The translations under genes were made by a program, and so were the position numbers. Under the pieces are notes generated by a model, which was not told the DNA's origin, did not search any database, and saw only the letters and a program-made list of their open reading frames with translations. A stretch of DNA of 64,000 nt, taken from NCBI GenBank assembly GCA_051294905.1, contig CM119372.1, positions 24,244,001 to 24,308,000 on the forward strand. Direction: 5' to 3'. Below, piece by piece: positions 13,501-23,190 of this stretch (positions are counted from its first letter, which is position 1; each line of letters opens with the position of its first letter). The stretch is from Botryllus schlosseri (taxonomy: Eukaryota).

Positions 13501-16500
13501 GGTAAGACGATTCTTTAAAAGACGTCACGGACTAGGAAAAAGTTGGGAACCACTGAATTTTGCCAAATGGAATTGTTAGATTAAGACCTGAACTGATTAT
13601 TGAGAGTGTAGCAGTGACACCAGCACAACAGTTCTTTGCATTGTATATTTGAGCACTGTATGTTGAATAAATAGGATGAGCCTTACCGTTTTGCCTCTGT
13701 GAATTACTAACCATTCTTTCCCTCTGCCTACCTCTATGAATTTCGGGTGATGAGGTCTCGCGAAGCATATAAACTGGACCGTAACTGCTGCACCCCAAAC
13801 CCCCTAATTAAGGGGAGGCGAGCTCGAAGGGGGCCCTGAATTATTTCGTCAATGAATATGAATTATAATTAGAGAGTTTGAGTATAGAATATGAAAATTG
13901 ATGCAACTTAATTCGAACTTTTTTTCGCGCCAGGCGCGATTTAATGTTGCCAAGTATCTTGATTATTGGGAAACACCTAGACATATGAAGTTTTTGGCCA
14001 CGTAACATGCGACTCCGAGAAGTGTGCCAGAACGGTTGGCATCGGGAAAACCTTGGCCGAGAAGGACTGCCCTTATGCATTATGAAAACTTGTACATATA
14101 TATTCAGATATGTTTAATTGTCCATAGTCGTCTAAATGGCTAGCGCCGAATTTTCCTGTCCTGGCAATCTGAACCCCACCAGACAAATGCTATCCCACAG
14201 AGAAAAATTATTTGCCCATGAAGAAATACCGATTTGAAATCGTGAGCGTCTTTTAGTTTGGTACGTTTAGGTGATTTCAATATCTTTTGCAATAACAGCC
14301 AGGTCACGAAATAACATCATGTAAGGAAGTCATTATACCAACGAGCCCGCCCGAATATGTTTAATTATTATTACGTACCCATACATTTTGCAAGACAACA
14401 CCTCACTCCCACAATAACAAACTTTTTGACTGAGACACATATTTTTCCATACGTTGTGGAATTCGTTCTCGCAACAAAGCCATATATTTGAGTTTATATT
14501 TTGTAATGCAATACCCACCCCTAGATGATAAATGACTTTTTGGATATGGCGAACAAAACCACTTGCGTTATAATCGTCAATCAAATAATAATCAACAACA
14601 ACAACAACCTCACTCAGCTTTACCGGTATATCTGATCACGTGGGTAAAGAGAGGATTAAAAAGTTATAGAAATATGTATGCAATTCCCGATAATATTGAG
14701 CGATTCAATAATGAATTATAGAAAATTTTCCTCAACAACTTCAACATCTTATGTTTTCAAATTCATATGAAATCTCAGAAATAATTATCCTAATACCCAA
14801 GTTTAAGTGGTAGAACGATAATGCCCCAACGACATGACACTGGTATGATGGGAGTATAGATGCTGAATCAAAACATCGTTAAAATTCAAACCAAAATATG
14901 GAACTTTGGACGAAATTCACACCACAGGAAATGAACAAACAATTCGTACTTCCTCACCGTCTAGATCTTCTCTTGTAAACACCCGACACCACGGACTATC
15001 ATTTCCGTCTACTGCCACTTGTTCCGCACAACCTTCGAAGTACAAAGTATTCAGAGTATTGATATCTATTTCACTCAGTGGCACGCCGAGTCGTTTTGCA
15101 ATGTCCGATGCCATCTTCACAAACACGTGGCCTGGAACAGTAAAAGTAGTCGGAAAGTAGTTTTAAATAAGGAATTATATAAATCATTTAAATGACAGAC
15201 CGATTCTGAATCGAGCATTATGCCTCAAGCCGAGTCGAGTACTAGAGTATTATTCATCATGACGTGATAAAGACATGAGAGATGTGGGAAGTTCATTATC
15301 TAAATTTTGTGCGATCATAATGAATATATTCTCATTTCTACATCACATTCAATACAATTTAGTATTTTTACGACCATGCCTATTTCATGTAGGATTGCAG
15401 TGGATTAATCGCGGCTGCACAGATATGTCATTTCGGCGAATGTGCGTCGATTTGTACTACATGTTACGTATGCTGAGGTACGACTAATCGATATTTCACA
15501 CACACGTGGGAAAAGCATCACTCTCGCTTCAGGAATACCTGGAACACGATTTTTGGTAATGTCGAGGTGACGAAATTTGCCTCCGTCAATACTATATCTC
15601 CAAAAATGGCCGACATTTCAATTGACTCTCCCTCAGCTTCTACAGGTTGTAATCGAGCCGAAGTTGATCTGCAGCTTTTTTAGGCAACCTAACAATTTAA
15701 TCAGTGAATCCCAGAAAACCGAAAAAAAGTTATCTTTTTAAAACCCTAGAGCACAGCACATGCGTACGTGCGAGTGTTTGGGGCTGGCGAGGAACATAAA
15801 CGCCTCCCGAAATATACTGTTTATCACCGAATAGGTGCATAAAAATATAGTTTTTAACTATATTTGTTTAATTCAATAAATTTCGATAATGTGAGGAAGG
15901 ATATTCATTTAGCAACACATCAACAGAAGAACAAGTGGCAAATGATAGCAATCAAATCAGCGGCATTGTGAAAATTTTTATACCGTTTGCAAATTTGTTT
16001 TTTTCAGCTAAAATGTTTTCGTTTATCCACACTTCTTTCATGAATCTATCACACTTCGCGAGGCCGAATATGATGGTGTCGTTTATGATGATTGGTTGTG
16101 ACGAATTGGACGTATGTTCCATAAACACTCTTGCAGATTCCCGCGTCCTCTGATAGTTTGACGAATAATATCTGTATAGAAACGAATAGGCCGAATAACA
16201 TCATGTTAGTATTCTCGGTAAATATGTGTTATACAGGGCTTTGGAGCAGCCGTAAATTTAAACTGCTCCAGCTCCAGCTCCGGAGCTTTGTTCTATCATA
16301 CATTAGCTCCGGCTCCAGCTCCGGAGCCGCATTATTACCACTGCTCCGGCTCCAGCTCCGGCTCCGGCTCTGAAATTATCGAATGGGCCTGTCTATATCA
16401 GGGGTGGCCAACACGCGGGCCAAATGTGCGAAAACGAAGACATAGGTGCCGCCGTGCCGGCTTGTGACGTCATAATGAATACTTGTCAATTTTCGATAAC

Positions 16501-19500
16501 ACCATAGTTGCACTAGAACGCACTTTACTCTATGCCATTGCTGTGCACAGCATTAGAATTCGGGCCTGATGTTCAATTATGATAAATCAGCAGATGTGGT
16601 TGTTGCATATATAATAGCATCTTATGAAATACGTCGGAGCCGGAGCTACTCCTCAAATAACGGGCTCCAGCTCCGGCTCCGGCTCCGGCTGAATTTTATG
16701 TACAGCTGCGACTCCGGCTCCGGCTCCAGCTCCGGTGAAAATGCACGGCTCCGGGGCTCCAGCTCCGGGCTCCGGCTCCGGCTCCGAAGCCCTGGCTATA
16801 ACTAAGGCGGTTTTTTTACCGAATAAAAGGAAAATTTTGACCTATAAAATCAAAATTTTGACTTTTTTTGACCTAAACAAACTGATTTTGACCAAATTGA
16901 TTTTGAACAAATTTAGACGAAATTTAGACTTAACGTATGCAAATTAGGTGTTTTTCCACCTAATGTTAAAATTGTACCACTTATCTTCACTTGTGGTTGT
17001 AACTGGCTGTCCTAACGAAGTAGTTTGGCCTGAAAAAACGTTTTTGGCTTAGAAACAGGCAACTTTTTACATGAAAAAAACAGAATTCAAACGAAATCTG
17101 GCCCTATGAAGAATTCCAGTGGTTACAATACGTATTATGGTAGAAATCATTAAATTTTTTGTAGTACAACGAGCGATACTTTCCTACATTCTTGCGTAGA
17201 AAGTGCATGTCCTTACTAAGAAACTTGCTAAGGACGTTCAACAGCAGCAGATGTTGGCTGACAACACTCAAGTTGTGCGTACACTGCTGGTGACACACCG
17301 TGTTGCTTCATTCTGACAATGTTGTCCACATCACTATTTTTCATCATGCGCTTCTCAATATAAGAATGATGCAATGCCCAAGAAGTCTTTCTTCAGTTAG
17401 GATATTGCGGTACGTTGACCATAATACCATGTCTACCTATTTGTTTTATTTGACCGTTTATGATTCATAATAAGCAGACAATTAGCCGTTTACAACGGCA
17501 GGCCTATATAAAGTCGGCTACAAGCTGTAATATATCAAATGATAACTTCACCAACAGTGCAAAATCTATGATACAAACGAATTGCAGACGTCAAAATTTT
17601 TTTGACTTTATGAACAATTTTGACCAATTTTGACCTAACGTTACAATTCTGACAAAATTTTGACAAATTCTGACATATACAATTGAATAGTATATTCATA
17701 TTGAAATGAACCCGAATATTTTCGGCTGACACTCGTCAGGGGTAATCGTCAGCAACTAGTAGAGAATTGGAAAGAACATTGTATATTAACAATCTTATCA
17801 CAAAATATGACGTCACCAGCATATTTTGTGATACTCATTCATCATCATCATTGGTTTATTAGCAATTTTATCAGTTCAATACGATTTTTCAATACGATTT
17901 TTGATACACAATGTTCTTTCCAATTCTCTATACTAGTTGCTGACGGTTACCCCTGACGAGTGTCAGCCGAAAATATTCGGGTTCATTTCAATGTGAATAT
18001 ATTATTCAATTGTATATTGAAGTTCTGTACCTCCAAGAAGCTCTTCAAATTCTGACATGTCAAAAAAAAACCGCCCTAGTTATAACCAAAGCATGTTGCG
18101 GTAACATAGTGTCACGATTAGAGCCCGACCGATTATCGGCTCGCCGATAATATCGAGTCGATATCACGCTTGGAGAGAAATATCGGTATCGGCCATTGAA
18201 GGTAAAAAAATATCGGCCATTTTCGTGACGTCACAACATGGTGGCAGGGAGTCAAGAGAAGTCGATAAAAGACGTGAGGACGGTCAATTATAAAAATTAA
18301 TGGCCAAGCTGCATATAGTGCATACTGCATGCATACAGGGCAGTAGGCGTGTCTATCTGAAAAATATTATAGATAACTAACCACCGTTATGCCCCACTGA
18401 ATTCGTGGGAATCCCCCTGCAGTAATCGATCACCAAAGACAGAGAGCAGCTGGATGGATAGTTGTCTGCAGAAAATTTCAGTCAGTAAGAGAAATGAGAA
18501 CTTCAATCATGCTGGACTGACCCTCGTAATGATAGAGAAAAGCGTCGCGTCGAAACATTTCCCGGTTCGGTACCAACAGAGCTAATTATACCAGTAATGT
18601 ATGAAGTCGTCTGACTGAGGCCTGCGGCTGCGGGGCCACCATGATAGGAAATATGCGAGCATAGAGGGCAAGAAAATCAAGCAAACGTGGAGTAAAGCCA
18701 ATAATTCGTACGAAAATTTTTGATTCCATGATGACATTGGCCAATTCTGACAAAAGATTGTAACATATTGATCAATTGATTGTTGAAATGTTGGTCAAGG
18801 TCCATGGGGGATGGGTGGAGCAGTTGCAGACGTGGACAATTTGAGTTGTTTTGCACATTCTCTTCAGCTATTTGTTAATGATGTGCTGAAGGCTCTAGGT
18901 GCATTGTCAGAAGAATATCAATATTTGGTTAAACCATTGAAGGAAAGATCCCCTGCGAGGGAGCGGTGGAACCGAAATGAAGAAAGATTTCCTGCTGTGC
19001 TACTAACTAGGCCTATGCTACCAAGTGAAAGACTGCTCACTGTGTTTAGTACTATATACATCATCTGTGGAAGACCACAGAAGTTCACTCCTTGGAGAAA
19101 GGGCCGAGAGTTTGTGCTTCGTGAACTGTAATCTGCAACTGCTGGATTGGTGCTTTTGATACATTTTTATAGTTCCTTGATCATTTATTTCATGTTCAAG
19201 CATATCAATGGCTGTAAAGTTGTTGAAAGAAATGCTCTTGAGGTGTTAAATATGGGCCTTGAGCTAGATTCCATATCTTTTGAATATCGGCTGAATATAT
19301 CGGGGTTATCGGTGGAGGTACTGGATATCGGTCTTATCGGTATCGGCTCAGAAATCCAATATCGGTCGGGCTCTAGTCACGATGCATGTGAATGTGTAGG
19401 TTATGGAAAAAACATAGCTAAGTAGGGCTTTGTTGAAAATATATTCAATCATGTAATACAGGGTCCAGCTCGGACCACTCGCACTTTCCGCAATATCAAG

Positions 19501-22500
19501 ATATGATTAATAACGAAGTACTTGTACTGTCTCGGAGTACTCAAGTAGCTTTTTGTCATCTTTAATTTCTCAAGTGGTTACGCTACTACTTCCAATTCTA
19601 CTTAACAGTTTTTTATTCTACTTAGTTCTCGCACTTTAGATTTGTGGTATGTTTGTATCACCGTTATATGACATTGCCCATCTCTCCCAGGAACTGACTG
19701 AATTTTTGAAAATCTAACTACCATTAGTATTATTAGCCATGTTGCATTATTCGCTAAGATACACACTATAATTTCGGAAGTTGAAACCTCCGATTCACTG
19801 CTAAAACTATGCAAATGGTCCATCTCAGCTACTTTTTGACACCGTACTTGAGTACTTTACAGATTGTCGTTTTCCACCATCTCTTGAATTAGTTTTGACA
19901 TGTCTTGTAAATCACTATTTTTACTTGCACTTCAGAACCAATTTTAACTACTTTGACCACTGACAATAACGATGTCTATATATCAAGCGTCTTCATCTAT
20001 ACGCGCCACAGGGGGCACAAAACGCTCTTTGATCCGTCTTTAACTAGAATTTGGCAATCATAGATTTCAAGATTGCGTAAAGCGATAGTACTGGAGGTCA
20101 GGTCCAAATTTTGAGATAACAGTGTCCAGCATGTTAATGAATGTTTAGAAATTGTTCCAAAAACTACTTCTTGGTCCCCGCCCCGGGATTGAAGTGACGT
20201 AGATATTAGTGCTGAAATACTGACATACTGACAGGTTACTCGGCATCATGAAAAACTTAAAACGTCTGCCACAAAGTCCATAACGAATGCTAACAGAACT
20301 TCAAAAATCTAAACTGTGTGTATATGACTTCAAGCCAATAATCAAAGAGAAAAGATTAGGTGATCCTGGAGAGCCGTCTATTTAATATCAAGACCTCAAC
20401 TCCAGAAATTCGTCTGTCGATGGCTTCATCACTTTAGGATATATTTAAAATTTTCACCGCTGGACGGCTAGTCTCATAACGGTTTCGCAAGCTTTCGCGA
20501 CCGCCAGCATTACTTGAAATGTCAATTTCGGAACAGTGTATACTGTAAAAAAAAGATGGGTTTTTAAATGAAATATATATTACAATATATATATTAAATC
20601 TCAAACATGAGGTGTTGCTAAAGTTTATTACGTCATAGGTACCGACAGAGGTTATCAGTAACGAAGTACATCTTTTATGCCAAGTAAATTTTGCCTACTT
20701 GCATGACTTCTTCAAGTAGGTACGTTTTAGACTACTTCTACTTTTCATTAACAGATTTCAGCTACCTAGGCCAAACTAGGGCTGGAATCTTTACTTTTTC
20801 ACTTAATTGGAAATCTCTTCACTTCAACTTGAGTACCAACGACAACCTCTATCGACATCGTCAATAAAACTGTTGGTAATAATAACGAGTTAGAGTATGA
20901 GCGAAACATTATATTCCTAAAAGTGATTTGGCACTTTTACTGATGTTGTTTTAATGAAGAGTTCAAGTCAAGTGGTCAATCGCAGGCCATGATAAAAGGT
21001 ATCGCGGACCGTTCTTTCGGTATCCCAGACTGGATCGAACGAGTACATTTATTTCGACTGCAGATATTTCGTAGCTCTGCACCCACTAATAATTATTATA
21101 ATCATCAATTCTACCTAGTTGTACCATTTATCTCGCTCATCAACATATTTTACCGGATAACAATATGTGAATGTGTCTGCATCATCTCTCAATCTCTGTT
21201 TGTGAATATTCACATAAACAGCGGTATAGAATTTCGAAACGAAGCCATTACATACTTAACACGACTCGTTTCCGAAAAAAGCTGTGGAAAGGTCTTTGCA
21301 AATCTTTTCCCGAGCTCGATCATTTCGCGGTATCCCAGATCCGTAAGATCTTCTTTTAGGCCAGGATGGTACCAATTACGCCACTGACCGATTTCCTAGG
21401 AAAATCACATCAACATTTTACAGATATTTATTCAAATTAAGAATATCATGTCATGCATCAGAGTGTCAATTTCAAGCTGATGTTCCTAGAACTCTTATTC
21501 TAATCCGATTAAAGATTTAGTATGAGATTAAAAGGATTGCCAAAACGAAGTTAAATTCTTTTAGAGGTAAAATACGGATCAATGATACTTTCTCCATTTT
21601 ATATATAACATTAATTCTCTACTAATTCTATATCATCAATTCTCTACTAGTTGCTGACGATTACCCCTGACGACTGTCAGCCGAAAGTATTCGGGTTCAT
21701 TTCAATAGGGAAATACTATTAAATTGTATATTGAAGTTCTGCACCTCCAAGAAGCTTGTCATTAATTTTTTACGTAAAAGTATGGAAATCACGCAGTGAA
21801 CTTTTTCCGGTAATTGTCGGAGTAAGATGTTTTTTGGAAAAATAAGATCGATCATAATTTTATCTAATCCATTCTTGATTCTGGAATTGTTATGTACTGA
21901 TGTTGGTCGCATAACCCCTGAGCATTCCTTTCGCACACTTGTGTGCGACGGAAAACTGTTTGCGAACCTCTGGCATACCCAATCAGTTAACGGTTTTATA
22001 TTCATCAAACCCTATGTAATTGCACAAAATCTGAACTGAAGAAGCATGGCCTATGTGGTTTTGCAATGCAACATCCATTGAAGAGTAACCTCCAAGTCTT
22101 TAGGACACATGTCCGCGGCTCCTGTTGCATTCAAGTTTTGCCGCAAAGTCTCCAGTCTTCCGAATTTTTCGGCCTCGTCGAATGTTGGTCTATGACGCGA
22201 GCCATGACGCACAAGGAGAACCATACCAAGGGGTTCGCAGCCTGTAGTCGAATAAATGTATCAATGTGAAAAAGACGGGCTGTTCTACATTGGAGAAGTG
22301 GTCTACATATAGCTCATGGCGCGTTGCATTTTTCTGATTTTTAGACCAGTGATAATTATCCCAAAAAGGTGACGTGATAGAAACAAATATCGTCATATTC
22401 GGATTTATCGCCCGCAAACTAGGCAAAAACGATCCAAACACAATCTGCAAGAAAATTTTTGGTAGATCAGTGAGTTTGGCAACATTAAAAAATACTATTC

Positions 22501-23190
22501 TTTAGTCGATTTTATGCTCTCAGTCAAGAAATTCATTTTTGCTAACTCATCTACGACCAATCAGCGTTGACACCAGATAAGCTAACGTGGTCAGTCCTAT
22601 GCTCGCACATAGGTTAGTCAAAGCATTTTTAGGATTCAGATTGACCGAAAAAATCCAATTCATACTCCCAAGACTATTGTAATCTCCTCTGTCGATTAAA
22701 CTTCAATTCAACCAGACTTTGTATCGGTAATAGACTTTTATAGTTAGAAATCATTGATATCTGTAGAGGTGGGGATCGTACTTATTCCGCGTCGTAGCAA
22801 AGCGGTGTCGCAGAATTTATATTCACGAATATATATTGATCACCAATAAAACATCCATAGGCCAGGCTACGAAAATCAACATTAATGGAATAGGATTGTG
22901 AAAACTGCAAGAGCGCTATCGTTTTGCGTCGCGAAATTATGGCTATGACCAATGACGAGCAGCGGATAAATTAGAACGCTGGCATTAAACATCTAACCGT
23001 ATGGGACGCGATATAATGTTATATCTCCTCTTCCGGAGTCTTCGTAAGCGGTCGTCGTGTGATATTTCCTGTACGGATACTCGGGATCGTTTTCGAAATC
23101 AGAAGAGCAAAACCCTTCTGCGCTTATCGGAAGATGGCAAAGGATGTAAGATAAGATACATGTGGCCACCGTCAACAGCATCACAGACAT
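4415..23190 (-). CDS. MINPP1: Multiple inositol polyphosphate phosphatase 1-like (clade-2 histidine phosphatase), 8 exons, 448 aa: join(complement 22998..23190, 22090..22241, 21256..21395, 15984..16171, 14958..15131, 10143..10342, 7959..8073, 4415..4599)
   Basis: Manually spliced. All 7 introns are GT..AG with compatible phases (1,0,2,1,1,0,1), and 193+152+140+188+174+200+115+185=1347 nt is open to TGA. The protein has an N-terminal hydrophobic signal, RHGSR, LTDLGYREMIELGKRFAKTFPQLF, QRTRESA, CAEQ..SPWCRVFTREDLDAFEYRDDLDSY..GFG, ANLAFLVNEC and VFHNERKLDLP, which is the MINPP1 motif order. The intron 2 donor (GTTACT) is weak. Confidence 0.9.
5625..7105. mobile_element. hAT-type MITE (TIR (C/T)AGGGATGGTGTGAAC) with an internal ~6300..6775 insertion of another repeat
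   Basis: TIRs; TSD AAAGCTAC/AAAACTAC; colinear (inverted) with 59365..60362. Confidence 0.88.
7959..8073 (-). CDS. MINPP1: MINPP1-like exon 7 (NEGPFKAEEYPERLNRTFKKSEIAANGANLAFLVNECG)
   Basis: ttacag| acceptor, |GTTAGT donor; RxFxxSxIxxxxANLAFxxxxC motif. Confidence 0.92.
8274..9074. mobile_element. hAT-type MITE (TIR TAGGGTTGC(G/A)TTTAAAAC)
   Basis: TIRs and perfect 8-bp TSD CTGTTCGT; absent at the paralogous site near 29985. Confidence 0.9.
8513..8878 (+). mobile_element. tRNA-derived SINE family 2, inserted in a hAT MITE
   Basis: A-box-like TAGTGTACTGG, B box GTTCGATTCC, TSD CCAACCAT (8505..8512 / 8879..8886); the empty site is seen in the MITE copy near 35150. Confidence 0.8.
10143..10342 (-). 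CDS. MINPP1: MINPP1-like exon 6 (AFEYRDDLDSYVRHGFG...NGHGWMLL...LIE)
   Basis: ttgcag| acceptor, |GTAAGG donor; EYxxDLxxYxxxGxG motif. Confidence 0.92.
11031..11167 (+). repeat. 50-bp tandem repeat (~2.5 units) built from GTGCGAATG, subterminal to the hAT element
   Basis: 11051..11100 repeated at 11101..11150. Confidence 0.9.
12790..13025 (-). mobile_element. SINE family 1, 5'-truncated copy
   Basis: Reverse complement of the body from the B box to the (CAAA)n tail; short ACACTTG repeat at both flanks. Confidence 0.85.
14958..15131 (-). CDS. MINPP1: MINPP1-like exon 5 (HVFVKMASDIAKRLG...SPWCRVFTREDLD)
   Basis: ttccag| acceptor, |GTGAGG donor; SPWCxxF motif. Confidence 0.92.
15984..16171 (-). 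CDS. MINPP1: MINPP1-like exon 4 (YYSSNYQRTRESARVF...CDRFMKEV...KFAN)
   Basis: atacag| acceptor phase 2, |GTATAA donor phase 1; carries the conserved Arg of RTxxSA. Confidence 0.88.
16234..16794. mobile_element. MITE with (GGCTCC)n subterminal arrays (TIR CAGGGCTT)
   Basis: Terminal cagggctttggagc / gctccgaagccctg; absent at the paralogous site ~41830. Confidence 0.8.
17710..17743 (-). ncRNA. Minimal type I hammerhead ribozyme motif (intact copy, sense to the MINPP1-like pre-mRNA)
   Basis: Exact reverse complement of the 34-nt core. Confidence 0.85.
17949..17982 (+). ncRNA. Minimal type I hammerhead ribozyme motif (intact copy)
   Basis: Identical 34-nt core to 28557..28590. Confidence 0.85.
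18119..19375 (+). mobile_element. Internally deleted Ac-like hAT transposon (TIR TAGAGCCCGACCGAT)
   Basis: TSD GTCACGAT; transposase remnants CFAHSLQLFVNDVLK and RWNRNEERFP..PSERL; empty site near 41860. Confidence 0.92.
21256..21395 (-). CDS. MINPP1: MINPP1-like exon 3 (EIGQWRNWYHPG...FPQLFSETSRV)
   Basis: ttcctag| acceptor, |GTATGT donor, conserved LTxxGxxEMxxLGxRFxxxFPxLF block. Confidence 0.9.
21663..21696 (+). ncRNA. Mutated hammerhead copy in a solo pLTR (~21635..21755)
   Basis: Core CTGACGA/GAAA kept, but the stem II G is changed to C and the helix III palindrome is AGTATT. Confidence 0.6.
22090..22241 (-). CDS. MINPP1: MINPP1-like exon 2 (GCEPLGMVLLVRHGSRHRPTF...MCPKDLE)
   Basis: Acceptor ctacag|GC; contains the RHGxR catalytic motif; not reported in the ORF track in this frame. 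Confidence 0.88.
22998..23190 (-). CDS. MINPP1: MINPP1-like exon 1 (signal peptide; MSVMLLTV...YRVPY)
   Basis: ATG at 23190, hydrophobic leader, donor G|GTTAGA, phase 1. Confidence 0.85.

Larger units (their letters stand above)
17677..18046. mobile_element. Head-to-head inverted pair of PLE pLTRs with 12-bp TSD
   Basis: Left arm ~17677..17820 (-), right arm ~17821..18046 (+); AAATTCTGACAT at 17665..17676 and 18047..18058. Confidence 0.85.
16803..18078. mobile_element. hAT-type MITE (TIR TA(A/G)GGCGGTTTTTT, TTTTGAC subterminal repeats) hosting the inverted pLTR pair
   Basis: TSD GCTATAAC/GTTATAAC; absent at ~41830. Confidence 0.82.

Noticed and set aside
16131..16947. Low-complexity ORFs (LRLRL, GSGSG)
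   Set aside because: Translations of (GGCTCC)n MITE subterminal arrays
20950..21080. DTERTVRDTFYHGL-like frame resembling the RTxxSA..F..GL motif
   Set aside because: No phase-compatible acceptor, flanking stops, and the real motif is in exon 4 (QRTRESARVF)
21697..22008. 103-aa minus ORF between MINPP1-like exons 2 and 3
   Set aside because: Exon 2 joins exon 3 in frame and completes the family pattern without it; the ORF runs into a pLTR and has no MINPP1 motif
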